A stretch of DNA of 59,714 nucleotides from Chromera velia (Eukaryota), in NCBI GenBank assembly GCA_018398765.1, contig JAHBMJ010000019.1, positions 1 to 59,714 of the forward strand. The letters run 5' to 3'. The notes beneath the pieces are model-generated. The model searched no databases. It was given only the letters and a program-made list of their open reading frames with translations, and had not been told where the DNA came from. The translations under genes were made by a program, and so were the position numbers. Positions within the stretch are counted from its first letter, which is position 1. Each line of letters opens with the position of its first letter. Below, in pieces: positions 53,349-59,714 of the stretch.

Positions 53349-56300
53349 CTTTCGGCCAGGAGGGATCAAGATCAATGAAGTGAAATCTCTGCTGTGCAAA
53401 CCGTCATTTCTTTGTGCACTGGATACAAGTATTGGTGATAGGACCACGAACGGCATCAAGTAGAGCTTCCGTCCCTTTAATTAGAGAGTCAGCCGGGCAG
53501 GCTCTCAGAAAGAGGCTGCAAATCCCTGAGAAAAGGAGAGAGGAGTCTCGCTGCCTGACCTCATAGACTGTCTAGGCAGGCGCTCGCTTTGCCGTCAGGG
53601 GACGATGCATCAAGCAGTGCCTGCAACCTGCTTTGTTTTTTTTTTGTACGGACCGACACACACATAGTTGTTCTTTTTCCCTTCATTGCTCTTTGTTCCG
53701 CATTCCTTTCTTCACTCCTGCCTTTCTGTCTGCTTTCCCACTGAGCAGTCGGTACCGGATGGGTCGGGACTTGGTCCATCCTCCTCCTCTTCTGCTTCTT
53801 CTGCAAGTTCCCTTCCCGCCCGCATTGTTCACTTGGACGCCTCCTCGCGGTCCCTCAAAATCGTCTCCGAGGGGCTCCTGCCGCACGTGAAGTGCCCCAA
53901 GCCAACCAGCAACAGCATTAGCAGCAGCTGGAGTGCGGGGAGGACTCTGGTGCCAAGCGGGGTGGCGGTGGCAATAGAGGCTGACCATGCGGCGTTGACG
54001 GTGGACAGCAGCTTCGCCCCCCCTTCCCTTGCTCCCCTCCTGAAGCCGCCACCGAGATCGGCCGAAACAGGGGGACAGGGAGATGATGAAGACAATAAAG
54101 GGGCAATTGCCACTAGCAGTAACGCGGAGAGAAAGGGAAGGGAAGCGGAGAAAAACCAAGCACACACGCTCGCAGAGCCAGGGGCGATTCCCCTGAAGCA
54201 AAGGCAACCCGACTTGGTGATTCCCCTCAGCACTGCTCTGGTCACTGGCCCCTTTCCACCCCCTCCAGGTAGGTAGGCAGGCAGGCAGGTTGCATCGCTG
54301 ATCGAGTGCTTTCTTTGCCTGTCTCTTCATCTTTCTCTTTCTTTCTCTGTCTCTGACTCCTCTCTGCACGTCTACGGGTGCAAGTACATAGCTAGCCGAC
54401 GTCCCAAATACGTTCATTGAAAAACCAGCTGACATTTGCGCAAAGACGTCCATCGAAAGCGTTTGAAAAGAAGAGGAGGCAGGTACCTGCATCTGCTAAG
54501 ACGGGCCATACTTTGCAAGACTGTATGCCATTGTCTCTCTTTTGTCGCTTTGGTGTCAGAAAAGAAGTCCCCTCCCCCCCCCCCNNNNNNNNNNNNNNNN
54601 NNNNNNNNNNNNNNNNNNNNNNNNNNCCCCCCCCAAACACACGCATTCACGCACGCATGCATTCACGCACGCAGGTGGAGGATCGCTGTGGAGTTTCAAC
54701 GTCCGTTTCTTCTCATCATCAGAGTTTCCCTCCTCCCCCTCCCCGTCCTCTGCCCTTTGTCCTCCCAGAGGCCACTCGGGGGCAGGCTCTGCCTCTGCCC
54801 TCGAGTGTGAGAGGGAGAGGGAGAGGGAGAGAGCCTCTGCAACAGCAACACCGACGGGAGGAGAGAGACAGAGAATGGGGGGGGAGGCGGTCAGAGGTTC
54901 CACCGCCTCTCCGTCTCCGTCTCCTGTGAGTTCTTCGACCAGGAGGAGACAGTCTGGGGAGGCGGGGGGAGGAAAATTCAACGCGACGACGAGCAGTGGG
55001 NGGGGGGGGGGCGGGGAGAGGGAGAAGTGGGTCTCTTTTGAGTCCACGGGTGGAGACTGTCTTCTCCTCATCCGCTCAGAAAAGCGACTCGAGGCAGCTA
55101 AAGAGGGAGAGGGAGAGGGAAGGGGGCTCTCCTTGGAGCAGACAAGGGGGGGGGTCGGGAAAGGGAAAGGGAAGCGGATCGTGTTCTCCTTCTCCAGCCA
55201 CTAGAGGGGGAGGGGAGGGCCTGTGCGGGGGAGGGGGTGAGGAGGCTGAGGCTGAGCATGGTGAAGAAGATGAATCCGAAGGTGATCCTGCCAGGGGGCC
55301 CGCCCCCGCTGCTCAGAGCATGTTGCGGAGTTTGATGATGCAGCAGCGTGACACGTTGCTGACAGAGAGCCACTTCTCCCGTCGGATGTTTGAGCAGGAA
55401 GAGGATGAAGAGGAGTGGTCGGAGGAAGAGCAGCCTGGCTCGACAAAGGAAAAAGAAAATGAGGAGGAAGAAGAGAAATTCATCATCGGTCGAAAGGAGG
55501 CACGAAAAGGACGAGGAGGAGAGGGAGATTTGGATCATCGTCAAATTGCATCAGCAGCTCTTTTTGAGGATCGAGAGGAGGAGGGGGAGGAAGAGGAAGA
55601 GGACGACGTAGATGAAGGGAGAGACAGAGTGGGACACCTGCCCAGAATGCAGCCTAGATTGGGGGGGGGGATAAGGGGTATGAAGGGGTCAAATCGGCAG
55701 CAGGGTGGGTCAGCAACTTCCGCTTACTCGTCCATTGGCGGAAATACACAAACGGTCAGTGCCCCTCCGTCCCTTCGGTCTGCTTATGCGAGGAGCAACA
55801 TTGGCTCGGGGGGGGGGACCTCTCTGTCTGGACGGGGGGGTGAGGGGACGAGGAAGGGACTTCGGAGCGTTCTCATTCGGTTGGGATGCAACAATGAACA
55901 GAACGCAGACAAATGGTCAGTCAGTCTGTTTGTCTGCTTGGGATTCTGCCTCATGCTTTCCTGTTTGTCTGCATGTGTATCTGTCTGTCTGTGAGAAAGA
56001 AGACATGACGAGAAATGCCAAAGTCTTGTTACGGAAAACGCAAAAGTCAAATTGCCAGCGGAAGAAATTCAGAGTCCATCTCTAGCTGTTGGAGAAGCAT
56101 TTCTTTTTTAAGAAGCAAAACCCTGTCTGACAGCGAGAGCATTCGATCGATCACGAGTGGTCGTCTCTCTGTATCCTGCTTGCGTGCACGTATCCATGTA
56201 TGTGTTTTTGTTCGTAGGCTTTCATGCAGGCTGTCTCCTTCCTTTTATGTATGTATGTGCCTTGTCTCCCTCCCTCCCTCCGTGCAGGGTCCGTCTTATT

Positions 56301-59300
56301 CGCACCCGCATCCAGAGTCCCTCCCCTGCTGCGGCAGTGCCTTCTTCCTTCCTGACTCTGCCGGCAGAGAGGGCGAGTCTCGGTGTCTCTGCTGCGTCCT
56401 TCGCAGTCGGCGCTCCTGTGAGAGAGAGGGCGGGGGCGGGGGGGGCACTGGACGGGAAGGCAACGTCAAGCCCCCCCCTGCTGTCGCCGCCGCCTTCCGG
56501 GAGAGGCCCTGCTGGTGAGATCGGGACAAGCGGGCCCGGCTGCCTGCCAAGTCCTAGTCCTAGTCCCCCTTTGCAGATTCTTTCAGTGCCAGTGCCCCCG
56601 CGTTGGCGTTGGGGGGAGGGGGGCAATGGGAATGGGGAGGCTGGAGAGGCGGCAGCAGGGCGGGAGAAGCAGAGGATGAAAAGTGTGACACGAGCTGTGC
56701 AGGGAGGTCCGCCATTGCGTCTCTCTGCAGCCCGCCCACCACCTCCCTTGAGAGGCCCTGGTGAGACTTCTTTCTGGTTGAGCGGGTCGGGTTCTTCGCG
56801 GACGGGCCGTGCCCCCTCCTACCCCTCGATTCCCCAAGTGATCTCCGACTGGGTTGTGGGGGATGAATTGGTGCCTCTGTTGCTTCTGGAACGGGAGAGG
56901 GAGACTGGAACACAGTCAGCAGGGGTGTTGCGGCAGGGGGGGGAAAGAGAATCTGCACCCCTGATGGCCATCCCTGAACTTCCCGCAGGGTCTATTCTGC
57001 GCTTCTGCTCGGGTCACGCGCATTCCTCGTCCTCCTCTGCCCTTTCGTCGTCCTCCCGAGTCTGGTTGCTGCCCGATATGCGGAGAGAGAAAAGGGACAC
57101 GGGGGGGGGCAGCTGTGAGAAGGAAGGAAGAGGAAGACAAAGGCGAGGGGGGACGGAGGAGGGGGAAGAGGGAGATGGAGACTTGGGGAGCCACTGGTTT
57201 GGTGCGATTCTGGCTGATGGCATCCAGGTACGTTTCTTTCTCTCTCTGTCCCTGTCTCACACTTCTTCATCTCCCTCTCTCTCTCTGTTTGTGTGTTTGT
57301 GTGTGTGCTGCTGAGTTCCATTGTTTTCTTTTTTTTGTGGAGAGAGAGGGCACAAGGCTGAATAGCTCGCGAAGTCTGTTCTTGACTGAAACACACACAA
57401 AGTCAGAAAGAAATTGGCTTCCTTCTTGATGGATGCACATCAACCCACCCGGTTGTCTGTGCTTTCTCTGGCACTCAGCTTTGGCTTGTCTGCCTCCCTC
57501 CTTCCCCCCCTTTCTATCTATGTCTGCCTGCCTGCCTGCCTGCCTGTAGAATCCCTCGAGGCTCGCTCGATCCCTTCTGGATCTGTCCGCGTGGGGGGAC
57601 GCGGCGTGTGGTCTGAACGCAGCCGCCGAGCAGAAGCAGTCACTGAGAGGAAGAGGAAGGGGGGCCGGAAAAAGGCAGCGGCTGAGAGGCAGTGTGAGAA
57701 GGCAAACACGGGGGAAACAATGGCGGTGTGTGTATGGGGAGATGCTGCAGGTGCAGCGGCTGCCCCAGAGATTTGTCAGGGGTGATGTTTGTCACCTGGG
57801 TGTCTGTCTGCAGAGGAATTTGGAGTTTGAAGGCGCCGTCTCTGCCTCTGCGGTGGACCCGAAAGGCAGAATTGTGCATCACCATCATCAGAGGGCAGCA
57901 GGTGGAGAGCGAGAAAGAGGTCTTCTTCTTGCCGAGAGGGAGGGTGTATTCAGTCAGCATTCGGGGGGGGGTAGGGAGCCAGCAGCAGAAAGGGAAAGAG
58001 GGAGGGAGAGGAAGCAGTCGGTGTGGAGCACGGGGATGAACAAAGTGAGAAGTCTGGTGTCAGACCACAAGGAGGCCCTGAGAAGGAAAATCGAAAAGAG
58101 TAAAAGAAAACTCGGGTGGTCTTCTTTGGGGGAGACAGTCATTATGTCGCAGACCCTCGTTAGAGCCGCGTGGCAAAGTCAGTGCATGCATGCATTCATT
58201 CATTTTCATACATTCATTTTCATCTTTTTCTGTACGAAGATGAATGCATGCATGGGGAGACAGTCTTCATGTCACAGACCCTCGTTAGAGCCGCGTGGCA
58301 AAGTCAGTCAGTGAGTGAGGGAATTGATTGATATCAAATTGGATTTACATACAGACAGTCACACACTTTGTTGAATGTCGCATTCGATGAATGGATTGGT
58401 TGTCACGAATTTGGCCACACAAGAGGCACCCACTAGCTCTGCACTTCTCTCTCTCTGAAGGAAGCAGAATTTCTCTCTCTCTCTCTCTCTGTCTCTCGAT
58501 GGAGGGAGCTCTCCTGTCAGTTTGCCTGCCTGCGTGCATGTCGGTTGATGAGATCAGCATTCCTTTCTCTCCCACCCTCCCTCCTTCCTCTTCTGCGTGG
58601 TTGTCCAGACGCTTGGTTGGTTTTTTTGTCTGTCAGTGAGCGACCTGCTGAACGAACAGCCATGCAGCCCAAATGAGGTGCATGCAGCCATTGTTTCTTT
58701 CTTTCTATTTCTGCCTGCAATTCTTGGGTCTCCCGTTCAGCGCACAAACAGTCAAGCTGCAGTTTATCCTTTTGTCCTGCCATCTGTCTGAACCTCAATC
58801 GCAGCCTCAAGTTTTCCCCCAAAGTCGTTTTGTATTCACGGAAAAGGACAAACAGAAAACGGAAGGAAGGCAGCAGGCGTGTCGTCATCAGAGGCCCTGT
58901 GCTTGTGGTCGATCCATCCATCATGAGTTGGTTTGCACACCCCCTCCCTCCCTCTCTCCCTCCCTCCTGCTTGCAAGGTGCATGCAGCTGAGTCTCCGAG
59001 CGGGAATGGGCACGTGGTGGTCATGGCTGCAGCTGGGAGGGGGGACGGGAGAGGGGACAGTCTGTGCGACAATTTCCTCCTCGGACCCTCCACTCCCTTC
59101 CGGCCCGCCGCCGCAGCATTCCCCTTCCCCGGCCAGTCAGGCTGCGGCTGGGTGGGGGACTGGAGGGGGGCGCGCAGAGAACAGGCTGAGGGAAGGAGAA
59201 GGAGAAGCGAAATTTGTCGTGAGTCCTTCGGGGGCAAGGGCGTGGTCCGAATCTCAAGTCTGGGTTTTGGCGGCTGTGCGCGGGGGGGCAGTGGGATAGG

Positions 59301-59714
59301 TACAGAAGGGCTGATTTGGAGCGACATGGTTGGTGATTTTGTGGTTTCGGTTCTTGCGGGGATTCTGCAAGTGCTTTGCTGTTTGCCTTGCCGTATAGCT
59401 CTCTCTTACCTCTGCTCCCTTTGCTGTCTAGTCCCAACCCGCCTCTGTACGAGAAGACTGTGCCTCTGCACAAAACGGGCTTCCGGGACCGCCGCTTCCC
59501 CTTCCTCCGCCTCTTTTGCCCAGCATCGCCCGCCTCCCTCATCGGTAGAAGATGCCACGGGAAGATCTTCGAATGGCGCTAACGGTAGCGAGAGAGAGAG
59601 GATGGGTGGTGAAGGGGGGGTTCGGGGCGCTGCGTCGTCTCCTTATTCTTTAGAAGGGGTTGAGAGGGCTGGAACTGGTGGAGGGGGAAGTGATCAGAGA
59701 GGGGGGGGGGGGGG
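53145..59714 (+). CDS. large multi-exon hypothetical protein, 3' end beyond the window
   Basis: Phase-consistent GT-AG exons: 53145-53297, 53749-54268, 54675-55915 (apparent indel at poly-G/N near 55001), 56288-57227, 57550-58177, 58988-59299, and 59399 to the window end (open). Short beta-strand-like hydrophobic segments lie among low-complexity linkers. No family recognised. Confidence 0.6.
54585..54626. other. assembly gap
   Basis: Run of N flanked by poly-C. Confidence 1.
58129..58308. mobile_element. diverged hairpin element (58184-58253) between 55-bp duplications of an exon end plus donor
   Basis: Direct repeats 58129-58183 and 58254-58308 contain TGGCAAA|GTCAGT. Arms CATGCATGCATTCATTCATTTTCATAC and GTACGAAGATGAATGCATGCATG. 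Confidence 0.55.

Overview
Eukaryotic, intron-rich genomic DNA. Exons are GC-rich, introns are packed with microsatellites, intergenic islands are AT-rich, and there are three N-gaps. The style suggests a protist, possibly an alveolate such as a chromerid, but that is inference only. Splicing by hand (GT-AG, phase-consistent) gives six genes: (1) a single-exon hypothetical gene at 3158-4474 (+); (2) an 11-exon single-domain 6TM voltage-gated cation channel with a TLENW pore at 16611-7282 (-); (3) head-to-head with it, a 9-exon ArsS-family radical SAM/Cys-rich protein at 17202-23109 (+), the arsenosugar-biosynthesis family, with a transit-peptide-like N-terminus; (4) a hypothetical gene at 33655-29726 (-); (5) a very large PIG-Q/GPI1 gene at 34377-52076 (+); (6) a hypothetical gene from 53145 (+) running off the window. 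The most unusual signal is a recurring 55-92 bp AT-rich hairpin (arm about TGCATTTATTTTCATACAGAATTCTT). It occurs at five loci, each time between direct copies of 46-65 bp of unrelated local sequence. At four of the five loci the duplicated sequence straddles a splice site. Three more splice-junction duplications lack the hairpin. No rRNA, tRNA, CRISPR array or transposase was recognised.
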